A stretch of 50,192 nucleotides of DNA. It comes from Octopus bimaculoides. Its lineage: Eukaryota. The DNA lies in contig NC_068993.1 of assembly GCF_001194135.2 (NCBI RefSeq), positions 21,379,496 to 21,429,687 of the forward strand, read 5' to 3'. Both the position numbers and the translations under genes were made by a program. The notes beneath the pieces were generated by a model. That model was not told the origin of the DNA. It saw nothing but the letters and a program-made list of their open reading frames with translations, and ran no database searches. Below, one piece after another: positions 21,901 to 36,260 of this stretch (positions are counted from its first letter, which is position 1; every line of letters begins with the position of its first letter).

Positions 21901-23429
21901 AAATTCAGTCAAATGGTAATATTCAAGGTTTAAGGTGTAGGAAATTATTGAGTTCAAGCAATTCGTAGAAGATATAAAAAACAACTGACAGGAATAATAG
22001 TTGTTTATTGGTGCAGAATGTAAATTTTCTCTATATCGATGTATTATAAACTGATAAAAGTTAATTTTATAGTTCACAGTCAGCAACATTGGTTGTATAT
22101 GTGAATAAACATTCAACAATTAGGGAATACAGTAGATAAAATCCAGAAACCGTATCTTCCATAGCTAACGGAACCTTCGTAGGTAGTAAATTATTCAAAC
22201 GAGGGATAGATTGCCAGCTACCCTTCATGTCAAGGGTACCTTGATTATATGAAGTTTACATTGTCGTTGAAAGAACTCGTGTTAACTCGTTGGGGATTCG
22301 ACCGAAACCTCATTTCTCGCAAGTATCTCTCCAAAGATCTTTTAGCAAATATACTTGAAGCGAAATGGTTTTTAACAATATACATAACACTCCACATCAG
22401 ATATTTTGCAGTATCATTAGCATTTGAAAAAATATTTCTGATTAAGACAACTGTCGCATCCCGTGACCTATAGCTATTGCGCATCTCTTTCTTCCAGAAT
22501 GGAAATAAATGTATCAACATGGTATTGGGGACTGGAGAAGACCTATTAGTTCATTAATGTGTGACTCTTTGCAAATAGAATTTGATCTCCAAATTTCTAC
22601 CGTCGGCGAATTACAGGTATTCAGTGAAGAAAATGACTTAATCCAGCAATGTTATATCAAAGCAATTTTTCTTTGACAATATAATTCTTAAATGTATACT
22701 GTTTTGAAGTGCATATATTTTCACTGTGCAAATATATGAAGTCAAAATTTACACTTCAAAAACGCTCATTAAATGTTACCTAAAATTTATTTAGAAGCCA
22801 ACAAGTATTTTGTATTGCAAGTCCCAATTATAATCAATCTAAACTTTACAGACTGTTATTTTCAAAGATCATTCTTTGCCTGAAAGAAAACGACGCAAAA
22901 TATGACTAACATAATTTTATCAGCAATGCTACAATTTCTTTAGCATTTTATACAGAATTTTAACTATTTACAATTTATTAATTTAGTTTTATTTTACGCA
23001 AAAAATATTTATTTTTTTACCTCGTCGAGGAAACATTGGAATTCTGTACAAAAGAAAACCTAGAAGAGATGTGAAGATAAAGAGAAGTGACATAATGAGT
23101 TGCGAAAATTCGAAAAAATAAAATCAATGATGGACAGAAGGATTAAAGAGTAAATCTCATTTGAGATTTCCTTTCCAAAATCATGCTTGACGTGAATGTT
23201 ATTCTTTGATAAAACAATGAAATAAAATTCGTGAAAAAGTTAGTCATAATCATTGATAATGATAACCACTAAAGTTTTGGAATCAAATCCACTTATGTTC
23301 GAAAGATATATGAGCAAGTGAATCGATCCAAATTGACAGCTAAAATCCTCTTTCATCCGGTCAAAGATATTTAGCATTACTCCACAATTCAGCATTGCTC
23401 AGACGATGAACGAACAAACCCGTTGACTG

Positions 23430-24900
23430 TGCTATAGTTTGGATGGATTGTACCGATTGGCAATGCTTCTTTGTATTTCTACTAGGCCGTGAAGTATGAT
23501 GTCATCTATAAACCAAAATGTTTTATTTAGTTGACATTCTTCAATGCCCCTATTCTCTTCGGGATCATTGTCACACTGTCTTACAATTATCTCTCTATAG
23601 AATACAAGTATTGACGTGTCACCGGCTGTTCAGCTTAACTGGTTGAGGGTTGTGTGCATCTGAATATAATCTAAATGCTACATGTCTAATTTTGTCAAAA
23701 GGGGCGTGCTTTGTATATTTGTATATGACTGTCATACAAACACAACACACCATCTCATCACATATGAATATTTACAGTGCCGTAGCCTCAAAAAGATCCT
23801 CTGTATGGTCCACCATGGAACACAGAGCTTTATGTACAAATGGTGTTAGCAACGACGGATTTTCTGATTAACTGGACGCATTTCTTCCAAAGAATCAAAA
23901 GTTCAGATGTTGAAACTTAGTCACATGAGAGTTAGGTCAATGTATGAAAGTCAGGTGGTAATAAATAACGGACCTTATTCATGGACTTAAACTCCTGAGT
24001 GACCTTTCCAGGATACAGCCCTCACAGATTTTTTTCACAGTGTGACTGTTGAACATATTTGTATTTCTACTTCAGTTTCTATTTCCTTTAACAGCCTCAT
24101 AACAGGACCATTCGTCCAACAGCGTACATCGTTAGCCAGAATGGTTATCACTCGCTCCTCACAGACTATTTTAGTGCTTCAAAACGATTGCAATTATTTA
24201 GCATTTATACTTAACCACTGATTAGATAGTTGTGATCCAGATAGCTTAATCCAGCGTCTAGAATGAGTAACTAAATGTAAACAGTCTACACAGACGATCC
24301 CCTCCAAGTATGGATGTTGGATTTACGATTAGGCTTTGCCATATCTATGATGATCGAAAGAGTCAGTGGGGTCATAGAGAGATCAGATAGAAATTACCCA
24401 TGACTGCCGCCTTCCAACTGAACTAGTGGAAGCAAACCTCATATCCTTTTCGTTGCTACCGTAACCAAAGTCTTTGAATCCGAATTCTATAGAGAATTAA
24501 GCTTGATATTATCGACAGCTTCTCTCGTGACTATTTTTCTCTACTGTTCCAGTATTCCTCAACTAAAACAGCTGGGTGCGTTTCCTATTTATAGTCAGTT
24601 TCAAGGGAATGTCATCAAGTAGGCGTAGTGAAGAAATATTTATGAAGCTTGTAGGACTGGCCAACAAAATCATTCCATTTCTTGCTAATATAACCACTCA
24701 TCACCAATGGTATCTAAGCAATTGTTATCGCTCTTTTTCGCGACACGAAACACAAGAAACCATTGAGTCCCTAAAGTTAACAACTATTGACGCATTGCAG
24801 CTCTTCAAATAACTGGAAAAACCTCTATTAGTAAACATCAAATATCTGTTGGAAATCGGGTGATTGTCTGTCATAAAAACTAAGTCTTATTTTATAACGT
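23430..24900 (-). pseudogene. Highly degraded PLE-type reverse transcriptase, tentative
   Basis: Open 65-codon frame 23629-23435 containing NKTFWFIDDII (catalytic YxDD-like). Upstream are STPLLTKL (AP++A+L-like) and YKLHK (PKLHK-like) near 24645. The spacing implies insertions. Confidence 0.4.
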
Positions 24901-26689
24901 TACTTCTCTGCACCGAAGCCCGTCGTAGTTTTCATGCCTTAATGTCACGCAGCACATATGACTCCCACACCATATAGTTGGTTCTCATTTTGAACAAATC
25001 CTCGAGTACGATATTCGCCGTTGCAGCATCACTCACGATATATTTTTCCTAATCCCGGTGTCTGACTAGAAACAAATCAAATCTGTTGTTTTCTATCATT
25101 AATTCTTTACTACTCGCCAACGACACAAGTTTGAATTCCTTATCGGCTAATTATCGTCTTCGGCAACTGCTTAATCAGTCTTTTTATTTTCTGTTGGGAA
25201 CGATGCACTAAGATTCCTATAATATATTTCTGGCCATGCGTCATTTTAAAGTTGTTCGTAATGATTATAAACGTTCTGTACTGTCTCTGAGCCAAAGTTA
25301 TGGACTTACGCAAACCCTATAACCTAGTGTTTTTTTTCTCTCTGTTTCCATTGGCACACTTGCAAACTTATATCAATGCCAATCAATTGGTAGACTGTAC
25401 TTATGGTATAAGAAAAAGAATTTCGATGTGAAATAAAACTAAATAGCATAGTAAAAAAAAACAAAAATAAAAACAATACTATATTGTGAAATGTTACCTG
25501 TTATAATCTACATTTATAAATTTAATACATAGATTAATACTATAAATCACACTGTACAACATTGATGATAATAGGTGACATTGGTGGAGATTATAATGCC
25601 GTGAGTTACATGCTATATGTAAATCATTTCAATACGGTAGACTACAGTTAAACTGCGATATAATTGTGTACATATACAGTGATCCCACATTACAAATACA
25701 TCAATGCAAATTAACATTTCGAATCTGCACACTTGTACGGAAAAAAATCAGTTTTAAACAGTTTTGCGTATATCAAATGGAAAATTAACCGTCTATAAAA
25801 ATGTATTTATCCCCTACAAATTTAATACAATTATGTATGCATTTTGTTTTCTAATAATGCTTATCACTCATTTCGGTATTTTGACTTCAGTTGAATACAT
25901 CTGCAATGTACATCCCACCTAAGATCTGAGATGAAAACTTACATTATGTAGGCGATAAAATGGATAGTTCTTATTTCTACGTTGCTACTACAGTAATGTA
26001 AACATTATGGGAAAAAAGCCATGTTTGTGGCAAGGACTCTTATAATACATCTACCGTATCGGTACTGACATGATGCAAAATACTAACAACAAGAAAGTTA
26101 GCTGTACTCGGGACTGCTGGCAGAACACGAATTCTTGAACCTTTAATTATTTAAACATTTATCATATCGATCCATTCACCTGCAACTTTTATGTTTAATT
26201 TTCTAAAATAACGCAAAACAGAAAACGTATACTTAGTCTCAGAGCACAACGAGTAGAAAGCAATGACAATCGAAACATTAGTGAAATGTCAGACTTCTTG
26301 ATCACCAGTATCACTGTCACTATTGGCTACTCTTTATAAACATTTAAATAGGTAATTTCAAATAGTGGAAATAAAATTCTGATAAACATAATATAAAGCA
26401 GCAAAAAAATACAACAATTAGAGCCAGGGAACTTTGAAAGATTATGTTCTGAACAAAATAAGAAAGGAAAATAAATATCAACAATTACTATGACCGAAAT
26501 CCAACTTCCATTTTTACATATATTAAATGCTTGTTTTTCCGATATTTTTCCTTAGTGGCTTCCTATTCTAGATAATGTGAAAACCTTAAGAAAATACTGA
26601 TTAATATCTTCTTTGCTCTGAGTAATCAACAAACACGGTGAGTAATGGAGAAGATTTGTTTCTCTCCACATACCGATCCAAACTAGCAT

Positions 26690-26835
26690 ATCAAGTTACT
26701 AAACGTTGCTTAAGCACAAATGCTGATCGTTAGTCACAGTAAATATTGACAATCTCTAGCCTTTTAGCACTTTATGCAATGTGATCCACATCGACTTCAT
26801 ATATGTTCGAATGGCTTTTGATGTAGTCCTGAACA
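26690..26835 (+). mobile_element. CR1/L2-like RT domain-3 fragment, tentative
   Basis: IDFIYVRMAFDVV resembles VD.IY+DF.KAFD.V. Confidence 0.35.
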
Positions 26836-28282
26836 TGTGTGTGCTCGTGTGTGTGTGTGTAAATATGTACATATTATTTTTATTTTTGTTTTGTAACAGA
26901 TCTCAAGATTTCAGATGAAAAAAAAAAATTGCTTTTCGCTTACGAAGAATTAGTTCTGATTCTAAATTTATGTTATGCGAAAACAATGCTAAAACCTTCA
27001 GCATTAACAAGAGCAGCATCGAAAGGAATAATTAAATAAGCAATAACAACAGTGGAATTTGTGAGAGAATTGTAATGAAAATACTAGAAGCATCATTCAC
27101 AACAAAAGACCGCTATACAACAATTACAAATGGCAAGCATGAAAGTAACAACAATTGCTTAAACGACACTGAGAACGACTGCTGCACAACATGAGCATCC
27201 GCAACGCCAGTAACCATAACAGTAGAAGCAAATCGAAGGATTTGACATCGCCTTTGCTACAACTTTATTTGCCAAAGATACCTAGATCACTATGTTCTAT
27301 TGCTATTTTTATGTCGCAAAGAAAAACCAAAAACCAGTGACTTGAAATTAGTTGGTATTCAAATCTGAGAACATGATATAGAAAACGTTACAAAACTTAG
27401 GTTTAAAAAAAGGTTAAAATGAACCTTATATTCTAAAAGTATAGGAATATCGTAATAAATATGACATAGTAATTCGAAATATGTGTTTTTGACTAATTGA
27501 TACTGAGAGTAAATATGAAATTGTCATAGTTACTTAACTAAATATGTCTTTCTTCATACATTACATATGATTGCGTTGTATACTAACTACTTCATTTTCA
27601 CTAACTTTATGTTAAATGTGGTGTAACTGCAATGTGGTGTAACGTGGCTTGAGGGAGGATATAATTTGAGTACAGAAATCACTCTAAAAATCCTAGTACC
27701 TCATTTCCCTTTCATCGATGATAAACAGTTTTGAAGTTTTTTTTTTTTTAGTTTAAATAAATGCACGTACATTTGTAAGCACATAGAGAGATTGGCATTA
27801 ATCTCTTTCAGTAAGCAAAGATAAGATACTGTATGTAATATTTTGGCAAAACTCTTTGGAATTAAACTTTGAACATACTTACGAATATATATATAAATTT
27901 TATTTTCGCCAAGTGCATATGCAAATATAGTATTTGACTCAGCTATTTTAATACAAGACATCTACACTGCTTTGATTCAGCTAATTAAACGAATAGGAGA
28001 AGATAGAAAATTATGATTCAAAAATTCAAAGTTCAATCAAAGAGTTGAATTCTTTGAAAGTATAATGAATAATATTTTTAGTACACATCATATTACTTTA
28101 ATTAAACCATGGAGAATGCGATTAGTGATAATAGTAGTTTATTTTTGTTTATCTTATGTGTGAGAATTCTTGCTAGAGGCCAAGTGCCCAAGGGAATATA
28201 TAATTAACAATTTCTGCATTCATTTGTATGTACACATAAAAGAACCTGATTTCTATCGTCACATCATAATTTTATTTTAACA

Positions 28283-28325
28283 CACACGCACGTACGCACA
28301 CACACACACACACACACATACACAA

Positions 28326-28410
<85 letters not shown>

Positions 28411-28566
28411 CATATATATGTGTGTGTGGGTGGGTGGGTGCACGTGTGTATGTGTATGTATGTGTGCTTGTATTTATCTAACTGTCTATATACATGTACA
28501 CTTTGTGCGTGTACACATGTGTATAATTATGTATAACATATTTATGTATACATGTCATACGCAATA

Positions 28567-28626
<60 letters not shown>

Positions 28627-28632
28627 ACACAC
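28283..28632. repeat. Compound (CA)/(TA)/(TG)/(ACT)n microsatellite
   Basis: Direct reading of the sequence. Confidence 0.95.
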
Positions 28633-30330
28633 ACATGGAAAGAAACAAAACTCGAGAACCACAAAAATCAGCAACTACACAGGAATGGTTCGCAAACAAA
28701 CTTGCTAGTTTGATGCTCGAAGAGACAAGAGTTAATTATGACGTTTCAGATATTGTCGTTCTTTCAAATATTGGTGTAGCTAGAAGGGGAGGAGGAAAGA
28801 TGAGGGTGAAAGAAAATAATGACTAAATAAAAATGCAATAAATAATTCGAGACGTTGCCCAAGTGTATTGTTCGTCTACATGGCAGTCGATATCTCACAA
28901 GATGTAATATGATTTAGACGAGTTTGGTGTCCAAAATAAATGAACAAGTGCTTTCAAGTATATTTGTGCGTGAGATGTTGAAAGAACAGTCTTGTGTATG
29001 TTTGCGTGGTTCTTTGTGTTGTTCGGTGTGTTTAAGTGTGCATGTGTATGTTCGTCGCCTCTGTTATTTTAAAGTGTGGAGTGAGGGATTAAGCGTCGTC
29101 TGTGCGCACATAGACATAGGACTTTTATGTATTATATTCTAAAAATGTGTGGAGGAATTTGTGTATTATAGCCAGCCTGAATTCATGTGTGTGGTACTTG
29201 TGGCATAAAATGGTGCTTTTGAATGTGCATCCGTTGGTCAGTTATCTTGTGTGTTTGCGTGTGAATGTGTTTCGGTGTTCGGGTATATAATATACAATGT
29301 TCTTTGAGTGCGAATATTTGCAGGTTGATCGTGTGTGTATCTGTTGCTTTATATCATGTTGTGTAGTATGTGAATGCATGTATAGAGGGCAAGTTTTAGT
29401 GTACGTGTATGCATATTTTCTGCGTTTGACGTTAAAATGCAACATATAGGCGTGCGTGCATTCAGATTCTATGTGCGGTGAATTGTGCTGTAGTGATGAT
29501 AGAGGAGGTTTTACAAGAGAAGATGTCGTGAATTTAGGTTGGAAGGGGCGTGATTAGGAGAAAAGGAATAAATTTGGCATGTGAAAAACTAAAACAGGAA
29601 ACAGGTATGATGGTGTGTCACATGATCCGCGGAACAGAGTGTCTTGTTGCGGGGTTTCTTATCGCGATGATGCACTCTAAATTGGTTCACCAAACAACAT
29701 TCAATTTGACTTATTTAGAAGTCGCTGTAAGAGAAGCATTTAAAGAAATGGTTGATGCTGGTGGAATTTCAGTTGTACAAACAAAAAATATGAAATGTGT
29801 GGTTCACCATTGGTGGTGCTGTTGGTGAGATACAGACACGTATTGCTACGAGACCAACAACAAGTAATAGATGGGACACAGCGAAATAACGTCTCTTTGT
29901 ATGCATGCTTGAATAAAGAGAGGGGTGAGTTACCGAAGAGGGAAAATGCCAGTATCAGGCATGGAAGGTGCATTAAGAAAGTACTGACAGATGGAATAAT
30001 GAGTAGTAATATAGAGAAAAGCAGAAGTTGTTATAGTGGAATAGCTGCAGGAAGAGAGCAAAATTGAGGCCGCTGCAAAGTGCACGGGTGAGTGATGCTT
30101 TAATTAGGGTGTATTCATCATTGTTAAATGAAGAGGTGGCGGTGATGTGTTCAGCATGAGGAGTAAGGGTGAAATAAGTTAAGGTAGAAACGAGAGTTGG
30201 TGAGCCGCCCTTGAAAAGCTATCTTGCCCGATGAGTTCTTGAAGAGTGCTTGGTAAAATAATGCACATTTTAGTGTAGTACAATATGTTCAGAACAGAAC
30301 CATCTGAGAATCGTACGCAAGGTTGTGGAA
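28630..30330 (-). mobile_element. Decayed Neptune-like PLE 3' end (GIY-YIG region, CA-rich UTR, terminal repeat)
   Basis: Minus strand gives GIFP, TCCWSRSNTCLYLTNSTTNGEPH (zinc-finger-like) and ISQIECCLVNQFRVHHRD (IGQT.R.L..RF.EH.RD-like). A hammerhead remnant tat|ttgaaaga...|GAAAC GTC|ata lies at 28735-28772. Confidence 0.6.
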
Positions 30331-30689
30331 ATTGAGGTTTCAGTTGGTATAGTAACAATAGTGTGGCGGGGTGGTAGGATGTTGCTGGATGCTGGAGGTA
30401 TGGTCATAAGGATCTGGGGATTTAAGGAGTAGACGATTAGGTTGGGATGTTGCTAAATACTAAAAGGGCAATGATAAAAGAGTGGAACAGAGAGCGGAGT
30501 TTGAGGTTTTAACATTAGTGGGAAAATTGAATATTAGATGGCTGGTGTTTCGAGTAAAGGGCAGAAACGAGAGCAACAATGATGTTTTGTAAAGAGGGAA
30601 AAAGGGAATGTTATTAAAACATTATAAGGCTACTAAAAGTAACATCAATTATTTTCTGTGCACTTACTACTGATTTGATGTTGAGAGGA

Positions 30690-30990
30690 CGTCGTCGCCA
30701 CTTTGACGGCAGTCTACGATTTGGTATTTTATACCAGTCACATCAGCGACTTGTATTGGATACTGCGCATGGTCGATGGTCGCTTCAAACATTTGTATAA
30801 TGGATCCATGAGCACACCTAAACAGCTACTCGCCCCACACTCCAAATTGTAACTTTCGAAATCCTACCAACTGCCTGCTGAGAGGCTCCTGCTTCTAAAA
30901 GCCTATAGAACAATCTTCACATCCTCGGATGGTATTAGGTGACACCACAAGGAAATGGCTGTCAATAATTTTAGAGCAAAGATATGCATA
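30690..30990 (+). mobile_element. Possible non-LTR RT fragment
   Basis: LTAVYDLV...NGSMS..KQLLAP...RKWL loosely matches L+AAYD.V / +LAP.LF / KW.L. Confidence 0.3.
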
Positions 30991-32324
30991 GAACATGCAT
31001 TCTGTAGATAACAAATAGAAATCATTTTTTTATTTAATTTTTTTTTTTTACTTTAGCAGTGAAAGCCTGTTTTTTTTGGATGATCAAAACGAATAATATA
31101 TTAACTTCTACTCACTTGCTGAATCTTGTAGAATAAATGAAATAGTTGAATGCAACTGAATTTTAAAATAAGTAAGTAGAAGTACATATGGAAATTGATT
31201 GTATCGTTTCGGAAATGTTAACTTAGAGATGAATGTCATGCCAACAGGACATCAGTCTGTTGCGAGTAGCATTGATTTTGATAAAGCTAAGTGTTTAAAG
31301 CTTCCAGAAAACTTCAACTCATGACTACGTTTACCAAAAAAAAAAAAAAAAAAAAAAAATTGTTTGTTGCTGTTTTTCTTTAGTCGCAGGTCAGCTTCCG
31401 GTTTCCTCTTGCAGTAAAGAAAGAAAACAGTAAAGAAACAAAACACTCAGCATTACAACTATAAAACCATGGGGCTCCATCACATGTACTTTTTTATACG
31501 AAGACGTATGTAGCACAATTTTCTGATATGCGTGTGATTGTTTCTCTATGTATAAAACAGAAAGGTTGTATGATTTCAGGAAGGTCAACCTGCTATATCT
31601 AACAGTTTTAGTGGCCTGCTTATAGGAGTTTTTATTTTATTTTTATTCAATAAGTTTACTTGTTCTTTTTTAGATATTTCTTTCTTGTGACAGGTAATAT
31701 ACAATCAGACATTTCAGACACAGCGCACGTGACTCATAACTATCCCTACTAAAGAAAAATGTCACAAAATGAGAGGGGGGAAAGTGAGACGATACATCAA
31801 CGTGAATGTTTATGAGCATGAATCAGGTTTCGCAGAATATTTGATCATATACAGTAAGGGATATGTTATATTTGTTTTTTGCGATACATTGAAAATCTTG
31901 AGGCAAATGGAAAAGTGAAGTCATGATTTGTCTGAATGTATTCTGAAATTCAACAATAAAATGCTAATTTAATTTATTCTTATGATAAACTTCAAATCTC
32001 AACAATGGTGCTTCTGAGGTTCGGTCATAGTTGAATTCATAGAATTATCCTGGTTTTTGTCTTGTCAGCATCCATTTATATCACACAATATGCTTAGCAT
32101 CTACATGTTTCTTTCTGTGTCCATGGGTTTCGCAAATTCAATTTATTATTCAAAGGGCAGTCGAGAAGATATAAAATGTGTGAACTACATCTCTTAAATG
32201 ACTTATAACATTTCAAGTACACTGCATTTAATAAAATTTTATTACGAGCAGAAAGTTGGAATTCATGTCAAATGTATGAATTGTACATTTGAGAAAAGTT
32301 TCTGATAGTTCCATACGTACTTGT

Positions 32325-33075
32325 CGGGTGGTGGTTTGGCACAGTCCTTAACGTATCGGAAAAACCGCCTTGAGACACTTGCTCTGGCACTCTACGTCTT
32401 GGGTTCAAATCTCATGTTGGTAAGCTTTGTAATTCATCCTTTCGGGGTCACAACAATAAAGCACCACAAAAGTACTGGCGTTAATGGTATCGACTAACTT
32501 CCATAATACCAAATTGCTAGCTTTGTAGGAAGGCTAGAAATACGTATATACGTCTTAAATAATACGTCCTTGATTCACACGTCATAGTGAATTAACAGCC
32601 AAACAAAATACAAAAGGCGCCGCAACTGCTTACAACGAAAGCTGTATAATATACTGTTAAATATACTATGTAATAAGGGTGGCGAAATGACAATCATTAG
32701 TATGCCCAAAAAATGCTTAGCGGTATTTCGTCCATCTTTACGCCTTAAGATCCAATATAGCTGAATGCGACTTTGCCTTTCATCTTATTGAGGTCGGGAA
32801 AATAAGTCCTAGTTGAGTACTGGGGTGTATGTCATCAGTTTATCCTCTCTCCTGAAATTGCTGGTCTCGTGTCGTAATTTGAAACAAATATATTGTACAA
32901 TATGTAGCTTAATATAAACTGTTGGGTCGTTCGACTTTACGTTCTGAGCACAAATTCGACTGAGGTCAACTTTGCTTCCATATTTTCGGATTCGATTAAA
33001 TAAGTACCAGTCGAAAACTGGGGTCGATGTCCTCCTTCGAAACTCCTGGCTTTTTGACAAATTTTGAAACCACTA
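32325..33075 (+). mobile_element. Three same-orientation decayed SINE copies (~32325-32500, ~32675-32890, ~32925-33075)
   Basis: Each contains a variant of tacgttctgagttcaaat...actttgcctttcatcctttcggggtc...aagtaccagt...tactggggtcgat. Confidence 0.75.
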
Positions 33076-33348
33076 TAAAGTATCCGCGAATTTTTTCTCA
33101 GGAACAACATGAATGTCAGGAAAACTTTCTTTCCGTATTTATTTTCGGGTCTTTACGTTGTGGGTTAAAATCTCTCCGAAGGTTACATTATTTGTTCACA
33201 GCCGAGAAACGTTTGATTTTATGCCTATCGTGAAGACTAATATTACAATTATGATGTTTTAACACTTTCATGTGCCTCAACTGCAACAATAGTGCACCAT
33301 TATACTGAGGATTGTGTTCTGTGGAAAATAGATTTTTATGGGAATGTA

Positions 33349-33405
<57 letters not shown>

Positions 33406-33429
33406 ATATCTCTCCCTCTCTTTCTTTGT

Positions 33430-33466
<37 letters not shown>

Positions 33467-33476
33467 NNNNNNNNNN

Positions 33477-33512
<36 letters not shown>
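33349..33512. repeat. (TATC)n and (TA)n microsatellites
   Basis: Direct reading of the sequence. Confidence 0.95.
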
Positions 33513-33515
<3 letters not shown>

Positions 33516-34204
33516 CTGTACTTATTTTGTAGAATGTTAACTGCTCTAACTATTATTCAAGTGTTTGTTCGTTTTTCGATATGATACGTCGTTTAATGTG
33601 GTGGAGTGTGTATTGTAAGTGATGTTGTGAATTGTATTTTGTCGCTTAGTGTCCGATACCAGGTGTGTACAGTATATACCATGGGTAATGTATTATATTA
33701 TTGGCTTCGAATTAGGTACAGCATGTATTTTGGGGAGCGTACAAGTTTAATGTGTGATTACTGTTTAAAGTATGTGATGTGTTCAGTTGAGATGGAAAAA
33801 TAAAATCTGTTACATTGATATACTTGGGTTAGTATCTCCTCCTGCTATAGTCACAAATTCATGACTTTCGTACAAAACAATCTTAAATTGTCGTCTAAAA
33901 TTGTTCTCATCCCTTTGCCTATACCATGGATGTTCTCCGAATAAATTATACTACTATTTGCGATGCGGTTATATCGTTACCGTTAAAACAGGGTATATAT
34001 TTTGACTGACCAAAGGATTGATTTAACACACTTTAGCAAAATATTACACTTAGCACCTGACAGTATTTATGTGAGTAAATTGACAGGATCATTAGAGCGT
34101 CGAACAAAATGATCTCCCGCATTTAGTACCTCTACGTAAATTTTATTTTTCATCTCTCCAGTAACGATAAAATAATGTACCACGCAATTACTAGATTCTT
34201 TATA

Positions 34205-34350
34205 ATCAGAAAAACTCCAGATCGCAGAAATTGCTGGCCTTCTGCCTAATGTGGCGGATTAGCAAAATCGTTAGAACGTCGGAAAAAAAAAAAAAACTTT
34301 CGTAATTTGTTCCGGCTCTTAATATTTTCCGGCTGTATACGTTCTGTATT
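34205..34350 (+). mobile_element. SINE tail followed by a SINE head fragment
   Basis: aaattgctggccttctgcct then ggcggattagcaaaatcgttagaacgtcgg. Confidence 0.5.
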
Positions 34351-35254
34351 GAACTACTTCGGTATGTGTGTCGCAAGTACAGTCTCGATTGAATAGATTA
34401 CTCCGTTTTGCTCGAAATTGTTGGTTTTGTGTGTAAATTGCAAACCATTATAAAAAGTTTATATTTAATGAATAAAGAGAAAGTAAAGAAACCATTATCA
34501 TAATAATTGTTGCACTTGTTTTTGTGCAATGTTCTAGACCATTCGATTAGATAGCGCTATCTTTGGTTGCTGTTGCTTGTGTTGTTAATATCGGTGTTGT
34601 TGCGGTGGTGGTGGTATCAACAGTAAGTATAAAACACACACACACGCACAACGAGCACAGTTGTATAATTTTATACGTATGGGTATATATATATATATAT
34701 ATATAGATAGATAGATAGATAGGAAAAGTAATGATAATCAGTAGTGTATATTAACAACACGTTTCGCGATTATTGTTGTTTGGTACATGTGATATGTGTT
34801 CCAAATGTACATATTGCAAATGTACATAGATGCTCAACAACAAGGGATCCTCGGGGACACACCCAATTGCACTAAGTTACATAATTATACGTACCTTGAT
34901 ACAATAATGCGTTCTCTGTGGATCCGTTGTGGTTGAGGATATATATACATTTGGGATATATGTCGCGCGTAGGAAAGTTAATATAAAATTGTGTCTCTTC
35001 TTATTGTCTATAAGACTTGCCTTGCAGCTCGTAACAAGTAGTACTACTATACAGAAAGTTGACTTGATTGTGAAAATCTGCGCAGGGCTCTAAATATCAC
35101 AGTAGCAGTAGCACATCAACTTTTACACATAATTTCTTTTCAAACGCACACAGACACACAAACACACTCACAGATACCCACACATCACACACACATATAT
35201 CCCGTAATCACGGGACTGACCAGGCTATGAGATGTTAAAATCGCTAGTCACAAT

Positions 35255-35425
35255 GCGCTTTGCATTGTTTTAGCCTTCAAATGATGCCATCCCGCTGGTT
35301 AGACGAGCAGGCCAACATTCCCGAGCCTGATAAAAAGTGAGACTGGAGCACCGTGAAATGAAGTGTTTTTCCCAAGAAAACAAACGCGCCGCCCAGTCAG
35401 GGAATCGAACACACGATCTGGCGAT
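35255..35425 (-). mobile_element. tRNA SINE (third type)
   Basis: Minus strand gtgttcgattccctgactgggcgg (B box) ...cttgggaaaaacacttcatttcacggtgctccagtc (core-like). Confidence 0.7.
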
Positions 35426-35681
35426 CTAATATATATGTGTGCGTATGTGTGTGAGTCTGTGTATGTGAGTATGTGAGTGTGTGTATTAACTTGATAGTCA
35501 TATTTATATATGTACATGCACGCAAACTCACATACACACGCGCACACAGATATATATACATACTTTAGATCATCGACCATACCTATGTAATAGCATTGTG
35601 GAAGCAACTGTGGAAAGGTCTTTTAATTGAACTGATGACAAAATTAAATATATGAGAGTAAACAGACTCACACAGAGCGAA

Positions 35682-35719
<38 letters not shown>

Positions 35720-35983
35720 ACCTGATATATATATNNNNNNNNNNNNNNNNNNNNNNNNNNNNNNNNNNNNNNNNNNNNNNNNNNNNNNNNNNNNNNNNNN
35801 NNNNNNNNNNNNNNNNNNNNNNNNNNNNNNNNNNNNNNNNNNNNNNNNNNNNNNNNNNNNNNNNNNNNNNNNNNNNNNNNNNNNNNNNNNNNNNNNNNNN
35901 NNNNNNNNNNNNNNNNNNNNNNNNNNNNNNNNNNNNNNNNNNNNNNNNNNNNNNNNNNNNNNNNNNNNNNNNNNNNNNNNNNN

Positions 35984-36021
<38 letters not shown>

Positions 36022-36064
36022 GCTATGTGTGAGTGGCTTTGTGCTTGTGTCTTTCTGTCCAATT

Positions 36065-36260
36065 CAACACTTGAAGACCGGTGTTGCTGCGTTTAAATCC
36101 CTGCTGAAATAGCAGTTCGGCAAAAGGAACCGATAGAATATGTATCAGGTTTAAAAAAAAATTAAGTACTATGGGTCGATACAGCCGAGTAAAATTTCTT
36201 GAAGTTGGTGCCCCAGCATGATCGGTGTCTGGAGATTGATGCATGTGAAAGAGATAAGAT
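36065..36260 (+). mobile_element. 3' half of the CORE-like SINE
   Basis: ggtgttgctgcgttta...gcagttcggcaaaaggaaccgatagaata...gggtcgat...ggtgccccagcatg. Confidence 0.7.

Noticed and set aside
23430-25000. Decayed protocadherin (motifs such as DNDPEENRGIEECQL and roughly 320-bp spaced DxND-like words)
   Set aside because: Hits needed many assumed indels and the spacing was inconsistent. The same frame gives a better RT catalytic motif (FIDDI). It is not excluded without a profile search.
31360-31860. Host exons suggested by polypyrimidine-AG sites at ~31382, ~31412 and ~31693
   Set aside because: Candidate exons have stops in all frames or no matching donor. Non-coding exons cannot be judged from sequence alone.
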